Below are positions 33,981 to 48,787 of a stretch of DNA of 64,000 nucleotides, piece after piece. The stretch is from the human T2T-CHM13v2.0 reference genome, Homo sapiens, in assembly GCF_009914755.1 (NCBI RefSeq), contig NC_060947.1. The stretch is one strand, 5' to 3'. Made by a program: the position numbers and the translations under genes. Under the pieces are notes generated by a model that searched no databases, was not told the DNA's origin, and saw only the letters and a list, made by a program, of their open reading frames with translations. How positions within the stretch are numbered: the stretch's first letter is position 1; every line of letters begins with the position of its first letter.

Positions 33981-36900
33981 AAATTTTTTCTTTTAATTTT
34001 TGCTAATACATACTACGTGTATATATTGGGGTACATAAGATATTTTGGTACAGCAATGCAATGCATAATAATCACATAATGGAAAATGGGGTATCCATCA
34101 CCTCAAGCATTAACCCTTTGTGTTACAAACAATTCAATTATATACTATTTTAGTAATTTTTCAAAGTACACTTAAATTATTATTGACTTTAGTTCCTCTG
34201 TGGTGCTATCAAATACTAGGCCTTATTCATTCTTTCTAACTTTTTCTGTACCCATTAATTAACCATACATCCCTGAGATTCCCACTACCCTTCCCAGCCT
34301 CTGGTAATTAACATTCTATTCTCTATCTCCATTAGCTCAATTGTTTTGACTTTTAGATCCCACAAGTAAGTGAGAACACGTGAGAACTGTCTTTCCATGC
34401 CTGGCTTATTTCACTTAACATGATGACCTCCAGTTCCATTCATAATGTTGCAAATGAAAAAAATCTCATTATTTTTTATGGCAGGATAGTATACCATTGT
34501 GTATATGCACCACATTTTCTTTATCCAGTCATCTGTTGATTGACACTTAGGCAACCTAAGCAACACTTAGGTTGCTTCCAAATGTTAGCAGTTATAAACA
34601 GTGCCGCAACAAACACAGGAGTACAGATATCTCTTTGGTATACTGATTTTCTTTCTCTTGGGTATATACCAGCAGCGGGATCCCTGGGTCACCTGATAGG
34701 TCCATATTTAGTTTTATGAGGAACCTCAAAACTGTTTTCCATAGTGTTTGTGCTAATTGTAGATTCCAACAAACAGTGTATGAGGGTTCCCTTTCTCCAC
34801 ATCCTCATCAGCATTTGTTATAGCCTCTTTTGAATATATGCCATTTTTAACTGGGGTTAGATGATATCCCATTGTAATTTTTATTTGCATTTCTATGATG
34901 AACAATGACATTGAGCACCATTTCAGATGCCTGTTTGTCACTTGTATGTCTCCTTTTGAGAAATATCTATTCAAATCTTTTGCCCATGGTTTAATCAGAT
35001 TATTAGATTTTTTCCTATACAGTTGTTTCCATTCTTCATATATTCTGGTTATTAATCCCTTATCAGATGGGTAGTTTGCAAATATTTTCTCCCATTCTGT
35101 GAGGTGTATCTTCACTTTGTTGATTGTTTCCTTTGCTGTGAAAGAAGCTTTTTAACTTGGTGAGCTCTCATTTCTCCATTTTGTCTTTCATTGCCTGTGT
35201 TGGTGGGGTATTACTCAAAAATTTTTTGCATAGCCGAATAAGCTGGAGATAAATCCTACATAGTCATAATGAATAATTTTTTTGTTGTTATACTTTAAGT
35301 TTTAGGGTACATGTGCACAACGTGCAGCTTTGTTACATATGTATACATGTGCCATGTTAGTGTGCTGCACCCATTAACTCACCATTTACATTAGGTATAT
35401 CTCCTAATGCTATTCCTCCCCACTCCCCCCACCCTACAACAGGCCCCAGTGTGTGATGTTCCCCTTCCTGTGTCCATGTGTTCTCATTGTTCAATTCCCA
35501 CCTATGAGTGAGAACATGCAGTGTTTGGTTTTTTGTCCTTAAAATAGTTTGCTGAGAATAATGGTTTCCAGCTTCATCCATGTCCCCACAAAGGACATGA
35601 ACTCATCCTTTTTATGGCTGCATAGTATTCCATGGTGTATATGTGCCATATTTTCTTAATCCAGTCTATCATTGTTGGACATTTGGGTTAGTTCCAAGTC
35701 TTTGCTATTGTGAATTGTGCCGCAATAAACATACATGTGCATGTGCCTTATAGCAGCATGATTTAAAGTCCTTTGGGTATATACCCAGTAATGGGATGGC
35801 TGGGTCAAATGGTATTTCTAGTCCTAGATCCCTGAGGAATCGCCACACTGACTTCCACAATAGTTGAACTAGTTTACAGTCCCACCAACAGTGTAAAAGT
35901 GTTCCTATTTCTCCACATCCTCTCCAGCACCTGTTGTTTCCTGACTTTTTAATGATCACCATTCTAACTGGTGTGAGATGGTATCTCACTGATACCATCT
36001 CATTGAGGTTTTGATTTGCATTTCTCTGATGGCCAATGATGATGAGCATTTTTTCATGTGTCTTTTGGCTGCATAAATGTCTTCTTTTGAGAAGTGTCTG
36101 TTCATCTCCTTCACCCACTTATTGATGGGGTTGTTTGTTTTTTTCTTGTAAATTTGTTTGAGTTCATTGTAGATTCTGGATATTAGCCCTTTGTCAGATG
36201 AGTAGATTGCAAAAATTTTCTCCCATTCTGTAGGTCGCCTGTTCACTCTGACGGTAGTTCTTTTTGCTGGACAGAAGCTCTTTAGTTTAATTAGATCTCA
36301 TTTGTCAATTTTGGCTTTTATTGCCATTGCTTTTGGTGTTTTAGACATGAAGTCCTTGCCCATGCCTATGTCCTGAATGGTATTGCCTAGGTTTTCTTCT
36401 AGGGTTTTTATGGTTTTAGGTCTAACATGTAAGTCTTCAATCCATCTTGAATTAATTTTTGTATAAGGTATAAGGAAGGGATCCAGTTTCAGCTTTCTAC
36501 ATATGGCTACCCAGTTTTCCCAGCACCATTTATTAAATAGGGAATCCTTTCCCCATCACGTGTTTTTGTCAGGTTTGTCAAAGATCACATAGTTGTACAT
36601 ATGTGGCATTACGTCTGAGGGCTCTGTTCTGTTCCATTGGTCTATATCTCTGTTTTGGTACCAGTACCATGCTGTTTTGGTTACTGTAGCCTTGTAGCAT
36701 ACCTTGAAGTCAGAAAGCGTGATGCCTCCAGCTTTGTTCTTTTGGCTTAAGATTGACTTGGCAATGCAGGCTCTTTTTTGGTTCCATATGAACTTTAAAG
36801 TAGTTTTTTCCAATTCTGTGAAGAAAGTCATTGGTAGCTTGATGGAGATGGCATTGAATCTATAAATTACCTTGGGCAATATGGCCATTTTCACGATATT

Positions 36901-37125
36901 GATTCTTCCAATCCATGAGCATGGAATGTCCTTCCATTTGTTTCTGTCCTCTTTTATTTCATTCAGCAGTGGTTTGTAGTTCTCCTTGAAGAGGTCCTTT
37001 ACATCCCTTGTAAGTTGGATTCCTAGGTATTTTATTCTCTTTGAAGCAATTGTGAATGGGAGTTCACTCATGATTTGGCTCTCTATTGGTCTGTTATTGG
37101 TGTATAACAATGCTTGTGATTTTTA

Positions 37126-37350
<225 letters not shown>

Positions 37351-37783
37351 TCACTGTCATGGGCCAGTTTTCAAAGGGAATGCTTCCAGTTTTTGCCCAC
37401 TCAGTATGATATTGGCTGTGGGTTTGTCATAGATACCTCTTATTATTTTGAGATACGTCCCATCAATACCTAATTTATTGAGAGTTTTTAGCATGAAGGA
37501 TTGTTGAATTTTGTCAAAGGCCTTTTCTGCATCTGTTGAGATAATCATGGGGTTTTTGTCATTGGTTCTTTTATATAATGCATTATGGTTATTGATTTGC
37601 GTATGTTGAACCAGCCTTGCATCCCAGGGATGAAGCCCACTTGATCATGGTGAATAAGCTTTTTGATGTGATGCTGGATTCGGTTTGCCAGTATTTTATT
37701 GAGGATTTTTTCATCAATGTTCATCAGGGATATTTATTTAAAATTATCTTTTTTTGTTGTGTCTCTCCCCGGCTTTGGTATCA

Positions 37784-37972
<189 letters not shown>

Positions 37973-38184
37973 TCAGAGATTCAACTTCTTCCTGGTTTAG
38001 TCTTCGGAGGGTGTGTGTGTCCAGGAATTTATCCATTTCTTCTAGATTTTCTAGTTTATTTGCATAGAGGTGTTTATAGTATTCTCTGATGGCAGTTTGT
38101 ATTTCTGTGGGATTGGTGGTGATATCCCCTTTATCATTTTTTAGTACGTCTATTTGATTCTTCTCTCTTTTCTTATTTGTCTTG

Positions 38185-39150
38185 CTAGCGGTCTATCAAT
38201 TTTGTTTTTTTTTTCAAAAAGCAGCTCCTAGATTCATTGATTTTTTGAAGGGTTTTTTGTGTCTCTATCTCCTTCAATTCTGCTCTGATCTTAGTTATTT
38301 CTTGCCGTCTGCTAGCTTTTGAATGTGTTTGGTCTTGCTTTATTTCTGCCTTCATTTCGTTACATACCCAGTAGTCATTCAGGAGCAGGTTGTTCAGTTT
38401 CCATGTAGTTGAGCGGTTCTGAGGGAGTTTCTTAATCCTGAGTTCTAGTTTGATTGCACTGTGGTCTGAGAGACAGTTTGTTATAATTTCTGTTCTTTTA
38501 CATTTGCTGAGGAGTGCTTTGCTTCCAACTATGTGGTCAATTTTGGAATAGGTGTGGTGTGCTGCTGAAAAGAATGTATATACTGTTGATTTGGGGTGGA
38601 GAGTTCTGTAGATGTCTCTTAGGTCTGCTTGGTGCAGAGCCGAGTTCAATTCCTGGATATCCTTGTTAACTTTCTGCCTCGTTGATCTGTCTAATGTTGA
38701 CACTGGGGTGTTAAAGTCTCCCATTATTATTGTGTGAGAATCTAAGTCTCTTTGTAGGTCTCTAGGGACTTGCTGTATGAATCTGGGTGCTCCTATATTG
38801 GGTGCATATATATTTTGGATAGTTAGCTCTTCTTGTTGAATTGATCCCTTTACCATTATGTAATGGCCTTCTTTGTCTCTTTTGATCTTTGTTGGTTTAA
38901 ACTCTGTTTTATCAGAGACTAGGATTGCAACCCATGCCTTTATTTGTTTTCCATTTGCTTGGTAGATCTTCCTCCATCCCTTTATTTTGAGCTTATGTGT
39001 GCCTCTGCACGTGAAATGTGTTTCCTGAATACAGCACACTGATGGGTCTTGACTCTTTATCGAATTTGCCAGTCTCTGTCTTTTAATTGGAGCATTTAGC
39101 CCATTTACATTTAAGGTTAATATTGTTATGTGTGAATTTGATCCTGTCAT
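38185..39150 (-). CDS. Truncated L1 ORF2: open 321-aa frame with complete endonuclease domain
   Basis: MTGSNSHIT.. retains N14, E43, Y115, D145, N147, D205 and H230. In-frame 55-aa deletion after EIK, then frameshift. The rest of ORF2 (to 35491) is broken. Confidence 0.6.
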
Positions 39151-39426
39151 TATGATGTTAGCTGGTTATTTTGCTCGTTAGTGGATGCAGTTTCTTCCTA
39201 GCCTCGATGGTCTTTACAATTTGGCATGTTTTTGCAGTGGCTGGTACCAGTTGTTCCTTTCCATGTTTAGTGCTTCCTTCAGGAGCTCTTTTATGGCAGG
39301 GTTGGTGGTGACAAAATCTCTCAGCATTTGCTTGTCTGTAAAGGATTTTCTTTCTCCTTCACTTATGAAGCTTAGTTTGGCTGGATATGAAATTCTGGGT
39401 GGAAAATTCTTTTTATTAAGAATGTT

Positions 39427-39947
<521 letters not shown>

Positions 39948-40699
39948 TTAGAACTTCCTCCTTTAGCTCAGAGTAGTTTGATCATCTGAAGCCTTCTCTC
40001 AACTCGTCAAAGTCATTCTCTGTCCAGCTTTGTTCCATTGCTGGTGAGGAGCTCTGTTCCTTTGGAGGAGGAGAGGCGCTCTGATTTTTATAATTTTCCG
40101 TTTTTCTACTCTGTTTCTTCCCCATCTTTGTGGTTTTATCTACCTTTGGTCTTTGATGATGGTGACGTACAGATGGGGTTTTAGTGTGGATGTCCTTTCT
40201 ATTTGTTAGTTTTCCTTCTAACAGTCGGGACCCTCACCTGCAGGTATGTTGGACTTTGCTGGATGTCCACTCCAGACCCTGTTTGCCTGGGTATCAGCAG
40301 GGGAGGCTGCAGAACAGCGGATATTGGTGAACAGCAAATGTTGCTGCCTGATCGTTCCTCTGGAAGTTTTGTCTCAGAGGAGTACCCGGCCGTGTGAGGT
40401 GTCAGTCTGCCCCTGCTGGAGGGTGCCTCCCAGTGAGGCTACTTGGGAGTCAGGGACCCACTTGAGGAGGCAGTCTGTCCATTCTCAGATCTCAAGCTGC
40501 ATGCTGGGAGAACAACTACTCTCTCAAAGCTGTCAGACAGGGAGGTTTAACTCTGCAGAGGTTTCTACTGCCCTTTGTTTGGCTATGCCCTGCCCCCAGA
40601 GGTGGAGTCTACACAGGCAGGCAGGCCTCCTTGAGCTATCATGGGCTCCAGGCAGTTCAAGTTTCCCGGCCGCTTTATTTACCTACTCGAGCCTCAGGA

Positions 40700-40882
40700 A
40701 TGGCGGGCGCCCCTCTACCAGCCTCGCTGTGGCCTTGCAGTTTGATCTCAGACTGCTGTGCTAGCAATGAGCAAGGCTCCATGGGCGTAGGACCCTCTGA
40801 GCCAGGCGTGGGTTACAATCTCCTGGTGTGCCGTTTGCTAAGACCGTCGGAAAAGTGCAGTATTAGGGTGGGAGTGACCTGA
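40700..40882 (+). CDS. L1 antisense ORF0 homologue (60 aa, premature stop)
   Basis: MAGAPLPASLWPCSLISDCCASNEQGSMGVGPSEPGVGYNLLVCRLLRPSEKCSIRVGVT* matches primate L1 ORF0. Confidence 0.55.
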   Translation: MAGAPLPASLWPCSLISDCCASNEQGSMGVGPSEPGVGYNLLVCRLLRPSEKCSIRVGVT

Positions 40883-41506
40883 TTTTCCAGGTGCCGTCTG
40901 TCACCCCTTTCCTTGGCTAGGCAACGAAATTCCCTGACCCCTTGCACTTCCTGGGTAAGGCGATGCCTCGCCCTGCTTTGGCATATGCTCAGTGCGCTGC
41001 ACCCACTGTCCGACAATCCCCAATGAGATGAACCCAGTACCTCAGTCGGAAATGCAGAAATCACACGTCTTCCGCATCGCTCACGCTGGGAGCTGTAGAC
41101 TGAAGCTGATCCTATTTGGCCATCTTGGCTCCACCCGAATAATATTTTTAATGTACTGTTGAATTTGGTTTGCTAGTATTTTGTTGAGAATTTTTGCATC
41201 AATATTCATCAGAGATATTGGCCTATAGTGATCTTTTCTTTATGATGTGTCTTTGCTGGGTTTTCATATCAGGGTAATATTGGCCTCATAGAATGAGTTT
41301 GAAGGTATTCCTGCCTCCTCTGTTTTTCAAAACAGTTTGAGTAGCATTGGTGTTAGCTCTTCTTTAGACATTTGGTAGAATACAGCACTGAAGCCATTGT
41401 GTCCTGGGCTTTTCTTTACTGGGAGACTTTTTATTTTGGTTTCAATCTCATTACTGGTTGCTGGTCTGTTCATATATCAGATTTCTTCATGGTTAAATCT
41501 GGGTAG

Positions 41507-41812
41507 CGTCTGGGCACGGTGGCTCACGCCTGTAATCCCAGCACTTTGGGAGGCGGAGGCAGGCGAATCACGAGGTCAGGAGATCGACACAATCCTGGCT
41601 AACACAGTGAAACCCCGTCTATACTAAAAATATAAAAAGTTAGCCAGGCGCGGTGGCGGGCGCCTGTAGTCCCAGCTACTCAAGAGGCTGAGGCAGGAGA
41701 ATGGCGTGAACCCAGGAGGCAGAGCTCACAGTGAGCCAAGATCATGCATGCCACTGCACTCCAGCCTGGGCGTCAGAGCCAGACCCTGTCTCCAAAAAAT
41801 AAAAAATAAAAA
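41507..41812 (+). mobile_element. AluY
   Basis: cacgaggtcaggagatcga..ctggctaacac. TSD aaatctgggtag at 41495-41506 and 41813-41824. Confidence 0.92.
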
Positions 41813-43339
41813 AAATCTGGGTAGGTTGTATGTATCTACAAGTTTTCCCATTTCTTCCAGATTTCCCGATTTACTGGCATAAAGTGTTTCATAGTGGCCA
41901 CTAAAGATCCTTGGAATTTCTGTGATATCAGTTTTAAGGTCTGCTTTTTCATCTCTGATTTTATTTAGTGGGGTCTTCTCTCCTTTTTTTCTTAGTTTGT
42001 CTAGAGGTTCATCAATTTTGTTTATCTTTTGAAAAACTACCTTTTGTTTTGTTGCTCTTTTGTATTTTTTATTTCAATTTTATTTATTTCTGCTCGGATC
42101 TTTATTATTTCTTTTCTACTATTAATTTTCAGTTTGGTTTCCTCTTGCTTTTCTAGTTCAAGATGCATCCTTAGATTGTTTGTTTGAAGTTTTTTCTCTT
42201 TTTTGATGTAGGCATTTATAGCTATAAAATTCCCTCTTAGTCTCTCAGTACTGCTTTCACTGTATCCCATAGGTTTTGGTATGCTGTGTTTCCATTATAG
42301 TTTGTTTCAAAAAGTTTTTCAATTTCCTTCTTAATTTCTTCATTGACTGGTCATTCAGGAGCATATTGTTTAATTTCTGTATGTTTGTATAGTTTCCAAA
42401 ATTCCTCTTGTTATATTCCTAGTTTTATTCCATTGTGGTCAGAGAAAATGCTTGATATTATTTCAATTTTTTTAATGTTTTAAGACTTGTTTTGTGATAT
42501 AGCATATAGTCTATTCTTAAGAATGATCCATGTGGTAAGGGGAATAAGGTGTATTCTGCAGCCATTAAATAAAATGTTCTGTAAATATCTATTAGGTCCA
42601 TTTGTTCTATAATGCAGATTAAGTCTGAAGTTTCTTTGTTGAATTTATGTCTGGGACATCTCTCGAATCCTGAAAGTGGGGTGTTGAAGTCTCCAGCTAT
42701 TATACTATTGGGGTCTACTTCTCACTTAAGCTGTAATAATATTTGCTGTATATATCTGGGTGCTGCAGTGTTGGGTGCATGTATCCTTACAATCATTATA
42801 TCCTCTTGCTGAATTTACCCCTTTACCATTATATAACGACCTTCTTTGTCTCAACTTACAGTTTTTGTCTTAAAATCTATTTGTCTGATGTAAGAATGGT
42901 GACTCCTGCTCCTTTTTGGTTTCCATTGGGATGGAGTTGCTTTTTCCATCCCTTTACTTTCAGTCTATGTATATCCTTACAAGTGAAGTCAGTTTCTTGT
43001 AGGCAGCAGGTCATTGGGTCTTGTTTTTTCATACATTCAGCCATTCTGTGTCTTTTGTTTTAGTCCTTTATCATTCGATGTTATTATTGATAAGTGAGGA
43101 CTAGCTCTTGCCATTTTGTTATTTGTTTTCTGATTATTTTGCCATCTTCTCTTCCTTCTTTCTTTCCTTCCTGCCTCCCCTTTAACGAAGGTAATTTTCT
43201 CAGGTGGTATGTTTTAATTTCTTGATTATTATTTTTTGTATATCTGTGGCATGTTTTTTGATTTAAGGTTACCATGAGGCTTGCCAATACTATATTATAA
43301 ACCATTATTTTAAACTGATGACAACTTAACACTTATTTG

Positions 43340-44990
43340 TAGGTCTCTTTGAATTATCCTGTTTCAAGGTCGTTATGCTTCTTGGATGTATAGATTCCTG
43401 TGCTTCATCAAATTTGTTGAGTTTCTGTCCTTTATTTTTTTTAAATATTCTTTTTTTGTCTTTTTACTCTCTACTATTCCTCTTTCTCTGTGACTCCCAG
43501 GAAGTCTATATTTGTTTGTTTTGTTCCTCACAGGTCTCATAGACTCTGTTCAATTTTTCATTATTTTCTATTTCTGCTTCTCAAACTGGATTATGTCAAT
43601 TGACGCATCTTCAAGTTCACTGGATCTTTCTTTTGCCTGATCAAATCTGCTGTTGAATCCCCCTAATGAATCTTCATTTCAGTTATTTTACTTTTCATCT
43701 TCATTATTTCTGTTTGGCTCCTTTTTATGATTTCTTTCTCTTTATTGAAATATCCTACTTGGTGAGATATTTAGTTCTTTGTCCATGGTTTCCTTTGGCT
43801 CTTTGAGCATGTTTTATGCAGCTGTTTTAAAGTTTTTATCTACTGAGGCCAATGCGTGGGCTTCCTCAATGACAATTTGTATTAACTTCTCTTTCATTGG
43901 GAACGAATCATATTTCTTGTTTCTTGAAGGCATCATGTATTTTTGCTGAAAAGAGAATTTTTTGAATATTATAACATCTCAACTTGGACATCAGATTCTC
44001 CTTCCTCCATGCTATTCATTATTTCTCTTGTTGTGACTTGTTGTTTGGTTAGTGACTTTTCTAAACTTTTAAAAGTAAATTTTATATTATTTGCCATGTG
44101 CAGCCACTGAAGTATGTGTTTTATAACTTAGAGTTCAGACTGTGTTTTTAAAGAGAGTGCCTTAAATGACTGGAACTAATACAAAAAGGAAGGAAAGAAA
44201 AGAAAAAGAAAGAGACTCTCCAAGACACTGGATTGGTTCAGGGTTGGCATATCACTTTAATGCTTAGCCAGGCCACTTTCACCTCTGCTTTAGTCTTCAC
44301 TTCCTTTTTGTAAAGAGCCTGAAAGTCAGCCACAGATAAAACCTTAGGGTAGTTCTAAGCCTTCTCCAAGCACACATCCAGTTGTGAGCATGTACATGCC
44401 CTTCTCTATTCCTCAGTACATGTGATTGCATTTAAATGTTTTTATTCCTCTTTGTATTTCCTTTCAACCTTTTTCTTCCAAGGCTTTTGTTTGTTTGTTT
44501 CTCTATCTTTTGTGTCAACAATTATCACTTGACCCATGTGGCCAAATTCTGCACTTCGTTTATTCAGAAATGAAAAATGTTAAGCCATCACATTCTTGGG
44601 AATTCTCTGACTCTGGTAAAACAAAGACAAGCCCTTGCACCCGTCTTTGAGGTTTCCACAAGAGAGATAAATCCACAACCAATCATTCTTTGAAATAAGT
44701 CCGTATCTCCCCCTCTGGCACTAGCAACCTGCACCAGGAGTACAGGCTGCCATTTTCATAGACACCGGCTATCTGTAAGTAAGGAATGGCAAGTGGGAAA
44801 CAAAATGCCACAGTGCTATCTTAACACAGTGCTATGGCAGCTTCTTTCTTCCTAAAGATTTCCCCTGATTGCTTTAACTTTTTATTTGTGAGTTCTGTGA
44901 AAGTTGATACTCTCCATTTTTTGCAGCTAATATTATTTTTTGTGGAGGGACAAAGCCCTGGAATTCACTACTCTGCCAATTTAGGTGATA
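43340..44990 (-). mobile_element. Old L1M ORF1/5'UTR region
   Basis: ORF1-like antisense sequence (tcttcaagttcactgg..ctgctgttgaatcccc) and 5'-end-like ctctgccaat. Confidence 0.6.
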
Positions 44991-45359
44991 TCTATGAGTT
45001 ATTTTTTGAGTAGTGGTTACAATTTCAGAACCAAATTTTAGTGTTTGAAGAAGCTTAGAAGTTAACCAACCTAACCATCCTACATTCAGATGAAGTGAGA
45101 ATGTTCTTTACAACATCCTAGCTAATAATGCCTATAATTGTTGAAGGAACTTCTATGTGCCAGAAACTTAACATTTGTCATTTTGATAATAACATCTTAA
45201 GATAAACATTGTTGTCTCCTCTTTTTAGCTGAGAAAATCAAAGTCCATAAAGGTTCAGAAAATTTTACAAGATCATCAAGGATTTGAACCCAGGTTTAAC
45301 TGACTTCAAAGACCAGTCTTTCCATCCTGCCACACTACTGCTCCCTACTTCATATACCA

Positions 45360-46330
45360 GTGAGCTCACTTAAGCAATAGATAGTTTGGTATAAAGATGA
45401 CCCCCCAGTAGTCAGAAGTGTAATGATTAGAACAAACTATCTCTAAAATCCTTTTCCTCATAAATTCCACTTAGTGAACCTCTAGGCCTATCATCTAGAG
45501 GAATGCAGAAAAAATCACACACACTTCAACAACTATCTGGAGAGAATTATCTTAACCCTTTTTAGTCTTCTTTACCCCAGAATGAACACCCTCAGTTATT
45601 TCAACCCCTCCTTATATAACATTGATATAACTCAATGAACCATTTTTTAAGTTATCTGTCAGATTATTCTGTTTTGTCACAGTCCAACTAAACAAGGATG
45701 AGACCAATAATAGCATGCACCACTCCAGAGGAGACTTGATGGCATGCAGGGAGACTGGGTTGCTCTTCTGTTTATGTTGACCATGATTTCGTTACCTTTT
45801 TAAGAAAGTATAGCATACTGATGGCTCATATTGAGCTTGCAGTTAACCCACATTCTTGAAAAAAGCTACCTCCAAGCCAGCTCACTTGCCTTCTATAGTT
45901 CTGCACTTGATTTTCCATAAGCTAAAATATAGGCATGTACATTTATCCATGATTAATTGGAACCTTTTAGTTTTAAATTAATATTTATGCCCATCAAGGA
46001 CATTTTTAATATTAATTTCATTATCTCTGGTCTCTGTCAGTTATGTATCATCTAAAAAGCTGATAAATATGCTGATATTTTGTTAAGCACCACACTATTC
46101 TCCAGATCAACATCAATACATTAACCAAGGCTCTTTGATCAACCAGCTGTGAATTATACTTAAAGGTGCAATGACCACTCCCATGTCTCACCTGCCCATA
46201 GCAGTGTCATGAGAGCGATTTTCAGATGCTCTACTAATATCAAGATGTATCATGTTTATAGTGTTTTTCTATTCTTCTAATCTAGCAATAGTCTCTGAAA
46301 AGGAATAAAACTAGGGCATTCTTCTTTTTA
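45360..46330 (-). mobile_element. L3/CR1 relic (MIR fragments just upstream, 45050-45340)
   Basis: CR1-like motifs catactgatggctcatattgagcttgcagt and tgtcatgagagcgattttcagatgc. Confidence 0.55.
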
Positions 46331-46954
46331 AATAAATGCTAAATCCTTCCTTTTAAAAGCATTATAATAAAAATCACCTAATTGATCAATATTCTACCCT
46401 AAAATTTTTAAAGTATTTATCAGAATTGACTATATTTCCCTTTTCGAAAGCACAAAACTATTTTGTATTTTAATATCTCTGGTTGTCTCATATAATTTAT
46501 AAATTTATAAACATTAATAAATTTTAAAAGATTATTTACCACAACTGATTAAAATAAGGAGTAACTAAAAACAACCTAAATCTCCAACAACAGGGGTTTG
46601 GTAAAGCAAATCATCGTGGATTTATTAGAGTGGAATTCCGGTTTAAAATTTATAGTATCTGGAATGACCTTAGTAAGATGGCAGAATAGGAAGCCCCAGG
46701 CTTTATTCCTCCAAGGAGAAACTGACTTAACAGTATATAGTCCAAAAAGCCTTATGAGAACTCCAGGAACAAGTTAAGAAGTTACAGTACCCCAGGAAAG
46801 CACAAAGCCAAGTACAGTCACATTGAAACAGGTCCGAAAAGCCATTGTGTTTACCTATGGTAGCCCCTCCCCTAAGTCAGCACAGCTTGGCATGATTAGG
46901 AGAAAATGACGAAATCATAGCTTCTCTCTTGAAAGGAAAAAAGAATGGAATATA

Positions 46955-47011
46955 TTAGGTTGGTGCCATTACTTTCCATGGCAAAAACCACTGTTATTTT
47001 ATACCACCTAA
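46955..47011. mobile_element. MADE1 (Hsmar1 MITE), internally deleted
   Basis: ttaggttggtgc..atggcaaaaacc..accacctaa with TA target duplications. Confidence 0.8.
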
Positions 47012-47919
47012 TATGTCTACCATTCTAGCCTTTCAGGGGGCTTCCAGAAAAGGATTGGTTTGCCTCGCCTGAACTAAATCATTGATGGGTTAATGGCAAA
47101 TTTCCTTGGGTTGCAGAGAACAAAAGTGACCTTGGCAGCTTGTTGCAGTGCCAAAGAACCTGCAGCACTTCAAACAGATACCAGAGAAAGCAAGAGAAAA
47201 CAAGCTCCTGAAAAAGGAATAAGCAAACCTCTTTAATTATGAAATTATATGCACAAGCCCAGAGAAAATGTATAGCCAGAAGAGGGTTGAAAGGGCCCCA
47301 GTATCTCTAGCCTGGTTTATTGGTGAAGGTCTTTCCCTGTATAAAGCCAGTCCATAAAGACTGGGAGAGGTGGTTGTTTTTTCAAATGCCAAAATTACAG
47401 GAAAAAAAAAAATACAAGGCATAGGAAGAAACAGGAAAACATTGCCCAATTAAAGAACCAAAGTAAATCTCCAGAAACTGATCATAAAGAAATAGAGATC
47501 TATGAATTTCTAGACTAAAAATGCAAAATAATTGTCTTTAAAAGCTCAATGAAATCCAAGACAACACAGAAAACTAACAAAAATTAGAAAAATGAGGCAT
47601 GAGCAAAATGAGAATATCAACAGAGATAGAAACTCTTTAAAAGAATCAAGCTGAAATTCTGGAGCTAAAAAATACAATAACTGAATTGAAAAACTTGCTA
47701 GAGGACTTCAGCAGACTAGATCAAGCCGAAAAAAGAAGTCAGTAAACTTGAAAACATTCATTTGAAATTATCACATCAAAGGAACAAAAAACCTGAAGAA
47801 AAGGGAAGAAGGTCTAAGGGACTTATGGGACACCATACAAAGGATCAATTTATGAAATATGGGCGTCTCAGAAGGAGAAGATCAAGAGAAAAAGGAGCAG
47901 TGAGATTATTTGGAGAAAT

Positions 47920-47985
47920 AATGGCTGAAAACTTCCCAAATCTAAGAAAGAAAATGGCTGAAAACTTCCCAAATCTAAGACAGAA
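47920..47985. repeat. 33-bp tandem duplication in L1 ORF1 remnant
   Basis: aatggctgaaaacttcccaaatctaaga(a/c)agaa x2. Confidence 0.9.
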
Positions 47986-48418
47986 AATTCTAAAAGCTCA
48001 AAGAGTTCCACCTAGGATGAAACTAAAGAGATCCACAGTGAGAGACATTATAATCACTATCAAAAGTCAAAGAGAGAATCTTGAAAGCAGCAAGAGAAAC
48101 AACTCATCAAGTACAAGAGAGCTCCCATAAGATCATCAGCAGGTTTCTCAGGAGAAACCTAGGCCAGAAAGGAGTGAGATTATGTATTCAAAGTGAAAAA
48201 AAATTCTGCCAACCAGGAACACTACATCCCACAAATGTCCTTGGAAAATGACAGAAAAATAAAGACCTTTACATATAAACAAAATCTGATAAACTTCATC
48301 ATCACTATATCTGCCTTACAAGAAATGCTAAAGAGAGTCTTTCACATTGAAACAAAAGGAAGCTACGTACCAACACAAAACTATACAGAAATATGAAGCT
48401 CTCTGGTAAAAGTAAATA

Positions 48419-48787
<369 letters not shown>

